From the NCBI GenBank assembly GCA_900320605.1, contig ONSY01000077.1, forward strand, positions 9,035 through 73,034: a DNA stretch of 64,000 nucleotides. Direction: 5' to 3'. This document shows, one piece after another, positions 1 to 8,478 of this stretch (position 1 is its first letter; every line of letters begins with the position of its first letter). A program made the position numbers and the translations under genes. The stretch is from an uncultured Eubacteriales bacterium (GTDB lineage: Bacteria > Bacillota > Clostridia > Oscillospirales > Acutalibacteraceae). A model generated the notes under the pieces. The model made no database searches. It saw nothing but the letters and a program-made list of their open reading frames with translations, and was not told the origin of the DNA.

Positions 1-1057
1 CGTCTGTACCGCCCCTGATCGGGCAGATCTTTGTTTCCAGGCCTTCGGCCTCGAGCGCTGCTTTCGCCCGATCAATCAGATGCATGTGCGGCTCAATCAT
101 CTCTTTCATATTGTAGTAACTGTCACGAAGCTTCAGTGTAAATGTTCCCTCACCCCAGATCCCGTTGAGATACGCGGTAAGGTTCTGAAGAAATGTCTTG
201 CGGGCTTCGAATTTCGCGCGGTCGTGATCACGGACAATCATTGATATTTCAGCAGAGCTTTCATCACCGGAAATCTGTGCGACATGATAGAATCCCTCGT
301 ATCCCTCTGTATGTGCGGGTGTTTCCGCGGGAGGCAGCATGGAGATAAAGTCAGCTGCGAGAAGCACCGCGTTTTTCATTTTGTCTTTCGCGGAACCGGG
401 GTGAATGTTGAGCCCGCGGATTGAAACCAGAGCAGAAGCGGCGTTGAAGTTCTCGTATTCCAGTTCACCAAGAGCGCCGCCATCCACTGTATAGGCGTAA
501 TCCGCGCCGAATCGCTCAAGATCGAAGTGATCCACTCCTTCACCGATCTCTTCGTCGGGCGTAAAGGCAATTGCTACTTTTCCGTGCGGAATTTCCGGAT
601 GCGACAGAAGATATTCCGCTGATGAAACAATCTCCGCGACGCCGGCTTTGTCATCCGCGCCGAGGAGCGTTCTGCCGTCTGTAACGATCAGATCCCGGCC
701 GATGTAGTTTTTTAGGAACGGGTAGGAACGTTCAGAAATAACGTCACCGGAAAGCAGATGAATGTCTCCGCCCTCATATCGGATGACCTGCGGATTGACG
801 CCTGCACCGGATACAGCCGGAGAGGTGTCCATATGCGCAATCAGTCCGTATACGGGAGCAGCTTCATATCCTTTTGTCGCAGGAATAGAAGCGTAAACAT
901 AGCAGTGATCATCCAGAACAACATCGGAAAGCCCGAGGGTCTGCAGCTCATCGCGGAGAACCTGGGCAAGTGTGAATTCCTTATCGGAGCTTGGGGAGGT
1001 TCCCGATGTTTCGCTTGAAGTCGTCTCGATTTTTACATATTTTAAGAACCGTTCCAT
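1..1057 (-). CDS. pepT: Peptidase T (M20B tripeptide aminopeptidase); C-terminal end lies beyond the window start
   Basis: Absent from the ORF track because it is open at position 1. Reverse translation from the ATG at 1057 (SD GAGGTGA upstream) reads MERFLKYVKIETTS...LLGADDKAGVAEI...FTPDEEIGEG...YTVDGGALGELEYENFNAA...YEGFYH...PIRGGTD, colinear with PepT. Confidence 0.9.
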   Translation of the reverse strand, partial: MERFLKYVKIETTSSETSGTSPSSDKEFTLAQVLRDELQTLGLSDVVLDDHCYVYASIPATKGYEAAPVYGLIAHMDTSPAVSGAGVNPQVIRYEGGDIHLLSGDVISERSYPFLKNYIGRDLIVTDGRTLLGADDKAGVAEIVSSAEYLLSHPEIPHGKVAIAFTPDEEIGEGVDHFDLERFGADYAYTVDGGALGELEYENFNAASALVSIRGLNIHPGSAKDKMKNAVLLAADFISMLPPAETPAHTEGYEGFYHVAQISGDESSAEISMIVRDHDRAKFEARKTFLQNLTAYLNGIWGEGTFTLKLRDSYYNMKEMIEPHMHLIDRAKAALEAEGLETKICPIRGGTD

Positions 1058-1133
1058 TTTTCACCTCGTCTTCGGCTGAGTCAATATCCTGACACTCCGA
1101 ATGATTATATTGATATGACAGCGGAAAAGCAAA

Positions 1134-2315
1134 CTATCCGACGAAACCCGTCGGCGCATAGTTTTTGCGAAGCATTGTGTGTTCTCCTCGGCCGTTATGA
1201 ATCCAGACATTCATGACCAGGCCGACTCCGAAATAGAGACACATCGCGGAGGAGCCGCCTGCGGAGAAGAAGGGGAGTGTGACGCCCATTACGGGCAGAA
1301 GCGCGAGACACATACCGATATTGATAATCGACTGTGAGGCGATCATCCCGAAAAATCCGAAGCAGATGACGGAGCCTTCCGTATCGCGGGCGGAAAGCGC
1401 TATGCGCAGTGTCAGCCCGAGAAGCGCCAGCAGCAGAAGAAGAACGAGCATGCATCCGAAGAATCCGAGTTCTTCGCCGATGGTAGAGTAGATATAGTCG
1501 CTGTGCTGGAAAGGCACAACTCCTGCCGTGGTGCGCGGACCCTTGAATAGACCCTGACCTGTCAGCCCGCCGGACCCGATGGAAGTACGGCCTTGAACCT
1601 GCTGATAAATGATATCGGAATCAAAGGCGGGATCATCAAGATGGAAGACCGCCGTGAAACGTGTTTTCTGATATTCCTCAAGGAACCCAAACTTCCAGGC
1701 AAGCGGAACGGCAATCAGAATTGCGGCGAAAGTGGCGATAAAGTACCGGAGTTGGACACCGGCACCGAAAGCCATCATCAGGAACATGCAGAAGAAGATC
1801 ATTCCCGCACCGTCGTCTCCCTGCAGGTGACAGAGTGCCATCGGAACAAGTGCGTGCAGAGCAAGCAGAGCAACGTGCAGAAAGCGGGTCAGTTTCCCGT
1901 TTTCCTTGACGATTGAAATATGTTTTGCGAAAGTAACCATAAAGCCTATTTTTACAAGTTCCGACGGCTGGAATGTACGGCCTCCGATATTAATCCAGGC
2001 ACGCGCATCAACGCCTCCGGAAGAGGAAACTGAGGTCGCGAAAGCCAGGGTGTAGAGCATCAGAAAGACGCAGAATCCCCCGATGAGATACCAGAAGTTT
2101 CCGTACTCGCGGTAGTCGATGAGCGTAATGATAAAAGCCACCGCGTAGCCGATCAGCACGGCGGCGAGCTGGGTTTTGAAATAATTAGTGTAATAGGCGC
2201 GCTGTGCGCTTTTGAGCATCAGAAGCGAGAAAGCCGAGATAATAAACATCAGAAGAAGAAGCGGCTTATGAACGCGTTTGAAGTAGCTGAGCGCTTTGGA
2301 TTTAATCGTTCCCAT
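1134..2315 (-). CDS. FtsW/RodA/SpoVE (SEDS) family peptidoglycan polymerase
   Basis: 393-aa polytopic membrane ORF with SEDS-type motifs (GGRTFQPSELVKI, SDYIYSTIGEELGF, GVTLPFFSAGGSS). Confidence 0.85.
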   Translation of the reverse strand: MGTIKSKALSYFKRVHKPLLLLMFIISAFSLLMLKSAQRAYYTNYFKTQLAAVLIGYAVAFIITLIDYREYGNFWYLIGGFCVFLMLYTLAFATSVSSSGGVDARAWINIGGRTFQPSELVKIGFMVTFAKHISIVKENGKLTRFLHVALLALHALVPMALCHLQGDDGAGMIFFCMFLMMAFGAGVQLRYFIATFAAILIAVPLAWKFGFLEEYQKTRFTAVFHLDDPAFDSDIIYQQVQGRTSIGSGGLTGQGLFKGPRTTAGVVPFQHSDYIYSTIGEELGFFGCMLVLLLLLALLGLTLRIALSARDTEGSVICFGFFGMIASQSIINIGMCLALLPVMGVTLPFFSAGGSSAMCLYFGVGLVMNVWIHNGRGEHTMLRKNYAPTGFVG

Positions 2316-2428
2316 CTTCCGTTTCCTTTACCTGTAAGGTATAATGAATGCATACGAGAAAAGTATAGCAGAAAGCCCGGCGTATTTCAAGAAATTCGGC
2401 ATTTTTTAAGGAAAAATCCCAAAAATTC

Positions 2429-2457
2429 TTGACTTTCATATTTCCGTATGATATAGT
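2429..2457 (+). promoter_or_regulatory. Sigma-A type promoter of the rplU operon
   Basis: TTGACT, 17-nt spacer ending in TGA, then TATAGT. About 80 nt of leader follows before rplU and could be an L21-type ribosomal leader; its fold was not verified. Confidence 0.6.
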
Positions 2458-2540
2458 AAATAAGCCGCGTGCCAGGAGGCTTTTTAAGTGAGTAATCCGC
2501 CTTCGGCAGCGAGTCTATGGAAAAGGCAGGAATGCTTAAA

Positions 2541-2852
2541 ATGTTCGCAGTTATCGAAACCGGCGGCAAGCAGTACAAGGTTCAGTACGGCGATGTTATC
2601 TTTGTCGAAAAGCTTGCAGCACAAGAAGAAGAAAACGTGGAATTCCCGGTCGTAGCGCTTTGCGGCGAAGACGGTGCTCTCAAGGTTGGAGCTCCCTATG
2701 TCGACGGCGCTAAAGTCCTCGGAAAAGTTCTCAAAACGGGCAAAGCCAAAAAAATTACGGTTATGACGTATAAGCCCAAAAAAGGCGAGAAAAGAAAACT
2801 CGGCCACAGACAGCCCTATACGAAGGTTCAGATTGAAGCGGTTGAAGGCTGA
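2541..2852 (+). CDS. rplU: 50S ribosomal protein L21
   Basis: [14 protein letters not shown]... is the canonical L21 N-terminus. The start was moved to the ATG at 2541, 9 nt after AAGGCAGGA. Confidence 0.95.
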   Translation: MFAVIETGGKQYKVQYGDVIFVEKLAAQEEENVEFPVVALCGEDGALKVGAPYVDGAKVLGKVLKTGKAKKITVMTYKPKKGEKRKLGHRQPYTKVQIEAVEG

Positions 2853-3172
2853 TGACAAGAGCTGAAGTTTTGGTGACGGGTGAGGGCCGAATCAAAGGAT
2901 TTCGCATAAGCGGACACAGCGGTGCCGGAGATTCCGGTGAAGATATTGTCTGTGCGGCAATTTCCAGTGCGGCTTATCTAACCGCTAACACGGTCACAGA
3001 AGTGATTCATGCTGACGCGATTGCTGAAGCCGAAGACGGTTATTTCTATCTTTCCGTTGCCAAAAAGGATCTCGGCAGATGTGCTGATGTCCTTAACGGC
3101 CTTAAGCTTCATCTTCTATCTCTGGAAGAACAGTATCCTGAAAACTTAAACGTATTTTATTTGGAGGTGTAA
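2852..3172 (+). CDS. prp: Ribosomal-processing cysteine protease Prp
   Basis: 106-aa ORF between rplU and rpmA with GHSG...DIVCAAIS (His/Cys dyad context), in the classical L21-Prp-L27 arrangement. Confidence 0.9.
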   Translation: MTRAEVLVTGEGRIKGFRISGHSGAGDSGEDIVCAAISSAAYLTANTVTEVIHADAIAEAEDGYFYLSVAKKDLGRCADVLNGLKLHLLSLEEQYPENLNVFYLEV

Positions 3173-3175
3173 AGA

Positions 3176-3460
3176 ATGCTGAAAATCAACATTCAGTTAT
3201 TTGCTCATAAAAAAGGAATGGGCTCCACGAAGAACGGCCGCGATTCCGAATCAAAACGTCTTGGCGTAAAACGTGCTGACGGTCAGTTCGTACTTGCCGG
3301 CAACATCATCGTCAAGCAGCGCGGTACCCATATTCATCCCGGCGAGAATGTCGGCCGCGGAAGCGACGATTCTCTCTTCGCCCTGATCGACGGCAAGGTA
3401 AAGTTTGAACGCCTTGGCCGTGACCGCAAGAAGGTCAGTGTTTACAGCGCTGAGCAGTAA
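3176..3460 (+). CDS. rpmA: 50S ribosomal protein L27 with N-terminal propeptide
   Basis: [32 protein letters not shown]: a Firmicute-type extension (cleaved by Prp near F/A) followed by the conserved L27 core. Confidence 0.95.
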   Translation: MLKINIQLFAHKKGMGSTKNGRDSESKRLGVKRADGQFVLAGNIIVKQRGTHIHPGENVGRGSDDSLFALIDGKVKFERLGRDRKKVSVYSAEQ

Positions 3461-3471
3461 AAGCGAACACG

Positions 3472-3498
3472 AAAGCCCGGGTATGCCCGGGCTTTTTC
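3472..3498 (+). terminator. Rho-independent terminator after rpmA
   Basis: AGCCCGG / CCGGGCT stem with loop GTATGC, followed by TTTTT. Confidence 0.85.
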
Positions 3499-3561
3499 AT
3501 TACATTGTAGTTCCGTTAGAATACCGCTGAATCGCGGATGATATGTGGATGAGGTAATAAA

Positions 3562-3783
3562 ATGACATACGAAGTTATTGTGACAACCAAACAACCGACA
3601 TGCGGAGGGAAAGCTCCGACCAGATCGGAAATAAAGAATATAACCTGTGAGGACCCGCTTGAATATGTACGCAATCATGAAGAAGGAAAAAACGTGGAAA
3701 TCACAGATGACGACGGTATTACGAAAACAATTCTCGCTTCCCGGGGTGATCTCTGGATCCGATATGAATTCTGTGAACTGTAA
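3562..3783 (+). CDS. Small hypothetical protein (73 aa)
   Basis: GAGG SD 7 nt before the ATG; sits between rpmA and obg. No family recognised. Confidence 0.5.
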   Translation: MTYEVIVTTKQPTCGGKAPTRSEIKNITCEDPLEYVRNHEEGKNVEITDDDGITKTILASRGDLWIRYEFCEL

Positions 3784-3824
3784 TCGGGAAGATACAATCG
3801 ACAGAAATCAGATAGAAATCGCAT

Positions 3825-3842
3825 ATTATTATTATTATTATT
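3825..3842. repeat. (ATT)6 trinucleotide microsatellite
   Basis: attattattattattatt, read directly; ends 24 nt upstream of the obg ATG. Confidence 0.95.
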
Positions 3843-3866
3843 CAGTATAGCACGAGGCTGGTAAAC

Positions 3867-5138
3867 ATGTTTTTTGATACGGCACAAATCAAGATCAAAG
3901 CCGGAAACGGCGGGGCGGGAGCGGTATCCTTCCGCCGTGAAAAGTATATTGCATCCGGCGGACCGGACGGCGGAGACGGCGGAAGCGGAGGAAATATCGT
4001 TTTTGTCGCGGACGACCATTTGTCAACACTCGCGGATTTCCGGTATAAACGCAAGTATGTCGCTCAGAGCGGGGAAGGCGGACGAGGAAAGCGCTGCTTC
4101 GGAAAAAGTGCGGAAGATCTGATCATTCGTGTTCCCCGGGGAACTGTAGTCAGGGAAACACAAACTGGCCGGATCATGGCTGATATCTCTGATGACACAC
4201 CGCAGATTCTTGCACGAGGCGGACGCGGGGGCTGGGGAAACGCGCATTTCGCGACTCCGGAACGACAGACGCCGCGTTTTGCCAAGCCAGGACTACCGGG
4301 CGAGGAATTTGATGTTACCCTTGAGCTGAAACTACTGGCGGATGTCGGTCTGGTCGGATTTCCGAACGTCGGTAAGTCAACGCTGATCTCCGTGGTCAGT
4401 GACGCAAAGCCGAACATCGCAAATTATCACTTTACGACTCTTTCTCCGGTACTGGGTGTTGTCCGTATACGTGAAGGAAGTTCCTTTGTCATGGCTGACA
4501 TTCCCGGTATCATAGAGGGCGCGTCGGGCGGATTAGGACTTGGGCATCAGTTCCTGCGTCATATCGAACGCTGCAGAATGCTGGTCCATGTTGTAGATGT
4601 ATCCGGGAGTGAAGGACGGGATCCGAAGGAAGATTTTGAGATTATTCTGGATGAGCTCGGTAAATTTGATGCTGAACTGGCAAAACGCCCGATGATTGTG
4701 GCAGGCAATAAATGTGATCTGACGAGTGATGAAGAAGTTGAAAAATTCGGAAAATTCGTAGAAGAACGAGGATATGCCTTTTTCCCGATTATGGCGGCGA
4801 TACGCTACGGCGTAGATCCTCTGCTTAGGAAAATAGAGGAAATGCTTTCAGTTTTGCCGCCGATTTCACGTTTCGAACCTGAAAAACTCGAAAAGCCCGC
4901 TGAAGATTCAATCGACCGGAGAGAAGTTGCCATCAAGAATGAAGATGGGGTATATATTGTTGAAGGTGAATGGCTGCTGAATATAATGCGGACAGTTTCC
5001 TTTGATGATTACGAATCACTTCAGTATTTTGAACGTGTCCTACAGAAGTCCGGCGTTATTGACGCGCTTCGGCAGGCCGGCTGCGGTGAGGGAGATACCG
5101 TGAGCATTTACGACGTTGAATTTGATTTTATGGAGTAA
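3867..5138 (+). CDS. obg: GTPase Obg/CgtA
   Basis: MFFDTAQIKIKAGNGGAGAVSFRREKY with the Gly-rich Obg fold, G1 motif GFPNVGKST, and a C-terminal OCT-like domain. Confidence 0.95.
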   Translation: MFFDTAQIKIKAGNGGAGAVSFRREKYIASGGPDGGDGGSGGNIVFVADDHLSTLADFRYKRKYVAQSGEGGRGKRCFGKSAEDLIIRVPRGTVVRETQTGRIMADISDDTPQILARGGRGGWGNAHFATPERQTPRFAKPGLPGEEFDVTLELKLLADVGLVGFPNVGKSTLISVVSDAKPNIANYHFTTLSPVLGVVRIREGSSFVMADIPGIIEGASGGLGLGHQFLRHIERCRMLVHVVDVSGSEGRDPKEDFEIILDELGKFDAELAKRPMIVAGNKCDLTSDEEVEKFGKFVEERGYAFFPIMAAIRYGVDPLLRKIEEMLSVLPPISRFEPEKLEKPAEDSIDRREVAIKNEDGVYIVEGEWLLNIMRTVSFDDYESLQYFERVLQKSGVIDALRQAGCGEGDTVSIYDVEFDFME

Positions 5139-5141
5139 AGA

Positions 5142-5552
5142 ATGAATCAGTATTATTCTCCGGAAAAAGCCATGGAAACTGCAAGCACGCTGAATCTTGC
5201 TTTTTTGGGCGATTGTGTATATGAACTGTATGTTCGGGATACACTGGTACGCTGTTATCCGGACAAGCCTGCTCGGGAAATACACCGACTTGCAACGGAA
5301 CTGGTATGCGCTACGGCCCAGGCAAAGGTTGCGGCGCATATATTCGATAGGCTGGATGAAGAGGAAAAGACAGTGTACCTGCGTGCTCGCAATGCGCACC
5401 CGGGTCATCTGCCGAAAAATGCGGCTCCAGCTGACTATCATGCTGCAACCGCAATTGAGGCCGTTGTGGGATATCTCTATCTGTGCGGCAAAAATGAACG
5501 GCTTGCAGAACTGTTTGAGCAGTCTGGTCTGTTCCCGGTGGAAGGAACATAA
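5142..5552 (+). CDS. mrnC: Mini-ribonuclease 3
   Basis: LAFLGDCVYELYVRDTL RNase III signature in a 136-aa protein. Confidence 0.85.
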   Translation: MNQYYSPEKAMETASTLNLAFLGDCVYELYVRDTLVRCYPDKPAREIHRLATELVCATAQAKVAAHIFDRLDEEEKTVYLRARNAHPGHLPKNAAPADYHAATAIEAVVGYLYLCGKNERLAELFEQSGLFPVEGT

Positions 5553-5636
5553 TCATCAGTACATATAATCTATCAGAATATTACTGATTCGATATACAGA
5601 TGAACGAGTCCACAGGGGTATACTTGAGGTGATGGC

Positions 5637-7553
5637 ATGAGGAATATAGGCATTTTTGCCCATGTAGACGCGGGAAAAACCACACTCTCAGAACAGCTTC
5701 TTGTTCACAGTGGAAAACTGCGCAGTGCTGGAAGTGTGGATCGGGGAACAGCTTTTACCGATGATTTGCCAGTGGAGCGACGCCGAGGCATATCCGTACG
5801 GGCTTCATGTGTCGCCTTTACATGGAAGAATACAGAAATCCGCCTGATTGATACACCCGGTCATACGGATTTTTCCGCGGAAATTGAGCGTTCTTTCTGG
5901 GCACTGGACGCAGCGATACTGCTTGTCGACGCAGCAAAGGGAGTTGAACCTCAAACACAGGCGCTATTTCGAGCTCTGCGTGAGCAGGGACTGCCGTTCC
6001 TCATTTTTCTCAATAAAATGGATCGTGACGGTGTGAATCTAAATAGAACACTGAAAGAGATTGAGAACCGTCTGACAGATTCCGCTTTACCATTATGGGA
6101 CAGTGAAAAAATGCTCGAAACGGCCGTTTCGAGCGATGATCAGTTGTTGGAACGTTATCTGGATGGCGAGGATATCTCAGATGCTGAAATCCGAAACATC
6201 ATTTCTGTACTGACGTCAAAAGAGCAGGTTTATCCGGTACTATACGGGTCCGCACTGCATGATGAAGGAATTGAGACCTTACTCAACGCAATTGTAGAGT
6301 TTCTGCCTCCTCCGAAAAGCGAACCGGAGCTTTGCGGAGTCGCGTTTTCTACTGCACGTGATGTCCGAATGGGCCGTGGCCTTTGGGTTCGGCTGTTTGG
6401 CGGGTCACTGGAAAATCGGATGGCGATTGAGATCGAGGAAGGTATTGACCCGATGACCGGTGAAACAAGGAAAACACAGCGTAAGATTACCCGCCTGCGC
6501 GGCGCAAATGGACAGGACCTCGAATCACTGCGCGCCGGTGATGTAGGAATTGTCTTTGGGTTGGGTGATCTTCCGATCGGGTTTGTTTTCGGTAATGCCG
6601 AACTTCTGCCGCGTAAAGTATCTCCGGGACTGCTTCGTGAGCCACTGATTACAGCCAGTGTCTTTCCTAAGGACAAAGAGAAACTTGAGGAACTGCGAAC
6701 TGCCTGTGCAGAACTGTCTTCTGAAGATCCGCTCCTCTCCGCGCAGTATCTTCCTGAACTCTCGCAAGTGCAGATCCGAGTGATGGGAAAAGTACAGCTT
6801 GAAATCCTGGAAGAAATTTTTTCAACACGTTTTAATCTGGAAGTTTCCTTCGGAGATCCGAAGATTATCTATCGCGAGACAATCCGTGAAAAAGCCCGCG
6901 GTTTTGTTGCCTACACGATGCCGAAACCATGTTGGGCAATACTGGAATTTGAAATCGAGCCTGCTGAACGTGGCAGCGGAGTTTCATATTCTTCGATTGT
7001 TGCGCCGCGCGACATCCTTCTGCGTTATCAGCATCAGGTCGAAAGCGCCATACCGCGAGCCCTTTCACAAGGACGTCTTGGTTGGCAGGCAACCGATCTG
7101 AAAATTACGCTTGTCGGTGGCGGCCATCACCTTATTCATACTCATCCGCTTGATTTTGTTGTTGCAACACCAATGGCTATCCAAGACGGACTGAAAAACG
7201 GCGGATCCGTTCTGCTCGAACCAATTCTTGAATGTAGGTTTATTGTTCCACTCGAACTTGTCGGACGTGTCATGAGTGATGTGCTTACGATGCGCGGAGA
7301 AATGGTTTCGACCTCATCCGATGAGGAAAGTGCTTCGCTCACAGCCTTGATTCCAGCGGCAACAAGCCTTGATTATCCGACTTCTTTCGCTTCGTTTACA
7401 AGCGGACGGGGAAGTATGAATACACGCCTTTTCGGATATCGGGAATGTCCAGCGGAGCTTGGTGAGACCGCACCGAGACGCGGGGTAGATCCACTTGATC
7501 GTTCCAAGTATATTCTTGCAGCTCGTAGTGCTCTGGATGGTAACATCTATTGA
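5637..7553 (+). CDS. TetM/TetO-like (ribosomal-protection type) translational GTPase, EF-G paralogue
   Basis: 638 aa. MRNIGIFAHVDAGKTTL, DTPGHTDF and LNKMDR G-motifs. Length and N-terminal layout match ribosomal-protection proteins (about 639 aa) rather than EF-G; the genuine fusA is at 22005. Confidence 0.75.
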   Translation: MRNIGIFAHVDAGKTTLSEQLLVHSGKLRSAGSVDRGTAFTDDLPVERRRGISVRASCVAFTWKNTEIRLIDTPGHTDFSAEIERSFWALDAAILLVDAAKGVEPQTQALFRALREQGLPFLIFLNKMDRDGVNLNRTLKEIENRLTDSALPLWDSEKMLETAVSSDDQLLERYLDGEDISDAEIRNIISVLTSKEQVYPVLYGSALHDEGIETLLNAIVEFLPPPKSEPELCGVAFSTARDVRMGRGLWVRLFGGSLENRMAIEIEEGIDPMTGETRKTQRKITRLRGANGQDLESLRAGDVGIVFGLGDLPIGFVFGNAELLPRKVSPGLLREPLITASVFPKDKEKLEELRTACAELSSEDPLLSAQYLPELSQVQIRVMGKVQLEILEEIFSTRFNLEVSFGDPKIIYRETIREKARGFVAYTMPKPCWAILEFEIEPAERGSGVSYSSIVAPRDILLRYQHQVESAIPRALSQGRLGWQATDLKITLVGGGHHLIHTHPLDFVVATPMAIQDGLKNGGSVLLEPILECRFIVPLELVGRVMSDVLTMRGEMVSTSSDEESASLTALIPAATSLDYPTSFASFTSGRGSMNTRLFGYRECPAELGETAPRRGVDPLDRSKYILAARSALDGNIY

Positions 7554-7612
7554 TATATACTACTGGTTTTACGGAGTCTTGATGAAAAGAGATCAGGTTC
7601 CAAAAAAAATCC

Positions 7613-7641
7613 TTGCAAAACAACATGATGCGATATATAAT
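7613..7641 (+). promoter_or_regulatory. Promoter of the tRNA(CAU) gene
   Basis: TTGCAA, 17-nt spacer, TATAAT; the -10 ends 16 nt before the mature tRNA 5' end. Confidence 0.6.
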
Positions 7642-7656
7642 GAGTACATCCTGTTT

Positions 7657-7733
7657 GGGCCATTAGCTCAGTTGGTTAGAGCTCCCGGCTCATAACCGGT
7701 TGGTCCGGGGTTCGAGTCCCTGATGGCCCACCA
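7657..7733 (+). tRNA. tRNA with CAU anticodon (elongator Met or lysidine-modified Ile2; the body resembles the Ile2 type)
   Basis: Cloverleaf by hand: acceptor GGGCCAT/ATGGCCC, U8, D-stem GCTC/GAGC, anticodon stem CCCGG/CCGG with loop CTCATAA, T-arm GGGG-TTCGAGT-CCC, encoded CCA. Confidence 0.9.
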
Positions 7734-7805
7734 AAGGGTATACAGACGAACATCTTCTTTTTTTAACAGCAGTTTTGCCGTGAAGATAATGATCTGATAC
7801 CATTA

Positions 7806-7845
7806 CAAAAACGCCATCTTGGAGAAGTCCAAGATGGCGTTTTTG
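7806..7845. terminator. Bidirectional terminator hairpin downstream of the tRNA
   Basis: AAAAACGCCATCTTGG / CCAAGATGGCGTTTTT: perfect 12-bp stem with a 6-nt loop, flanked by an A-run and a T-run. Confidence 0.8.
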
Positions 7846-8150
7846 CATGAACAAAGGGTTCTGTAAGGCTCAAAAGAAAATAAACATCTAAACTGAATAT
7901 GTTTATGATACCAAAAATCAGTATGCGTGTTTTACTTGAATGCACTCCTGTTGTGAAACATCGAGATTGACTCTGTGGGTACTCAATTCATGCTTGATGT
8001 TGTCAGGTAATTCAGAAATGCTAGGTAGTTCCTGTGATTAGAAGAATCGTTCTAAGAAAAAGGAAATCCAACAAAGTATAAGACAGAATCATTATTTATG
8101 ACCAAACAAAAAGGAAATGGCAAATCCGTCAGAGTCAGTATGCTATACAA

Positions 8151-8196
8151 AATCCTCCCGACAGCGCATGATTAAGAAAACGCTATCGGGAGGATT
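8151..8196 (+). promoter_or_regulatory. Hairpin that buries the SD of the following mini-ORF
   Basis: AATCCTCCCGACAGCG (8151-8166) pairs with CGCTATCGGGAGGATT (8181-8196): 16 bp with one mismatch. The GGGAGG in the 3' arm is the SD for the ATG at 8201. Confidence 0.45.
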
Positions 8197-8200
8197 TGCT

Positions 8201-8260
8201 ATGTTTAGAACCTTATTTATTCTTACCATTATGTTATTGTACTCGGTTCAACTGGTTTGA
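8201..8260 (+). CDS. 19-codon hydrophobic mini-ORF (MFRTLFILTIMLLYSVQLV); type I toxin-like or small membrane peptide
   Basis: GGGAGGA SD with a 6-nt spacer before the ATG; a single predicted transmembrane (TM) helix. Below the ORF-track cutoff. Function inferred only. Confidence 0.25.
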   Translation: MFRTLFILTIMLLYSVQLV

Positions 8261-8370
8261 TAGATAAGGTACAATAAGTTGCGCAAATTCGAAAAATTAG
8301 AAAGACACGGTTTGCAGACTTTGTTAGAATGAAGTCGCGACACAAATATTCTGAAAGGAGAAAGCAAACC

Positions 8371-8478
8371 ATGTCTGAGGAGATTGTGCGACTGAATGAG
8401 GAAATAATCAAGGGGCAGACAAGTCAAGAGATACATCCGTCTGGACGGCTTTTTATCTGTCACATAGAAATACAGTGA
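8371..8478 (+). pseudogene. 35-codon ORF with a strong SD; possible N-terminal relic of a transposase-like gene
   Basis: GAAAGGAG, 10-nt spacer, ATG. MSEEIVRLNEEIIKGQTSQEIHPSGRLF loosely recalls IS256-type N-termini (..ELIKDCKTPEDL..GLF). It stops inside the convergent MBL gene 3' end. Confidence 0.2.

Noticed and set aside
5600-5629. 10-codon upstream ORF (MNESTGVYLR) before the TetM-like gene, as a possible Tn916-style attenuation leader
   Set aside because: It has no SD, and no terminator/antiterminator hairpins are visible in the 84-nt spacer.
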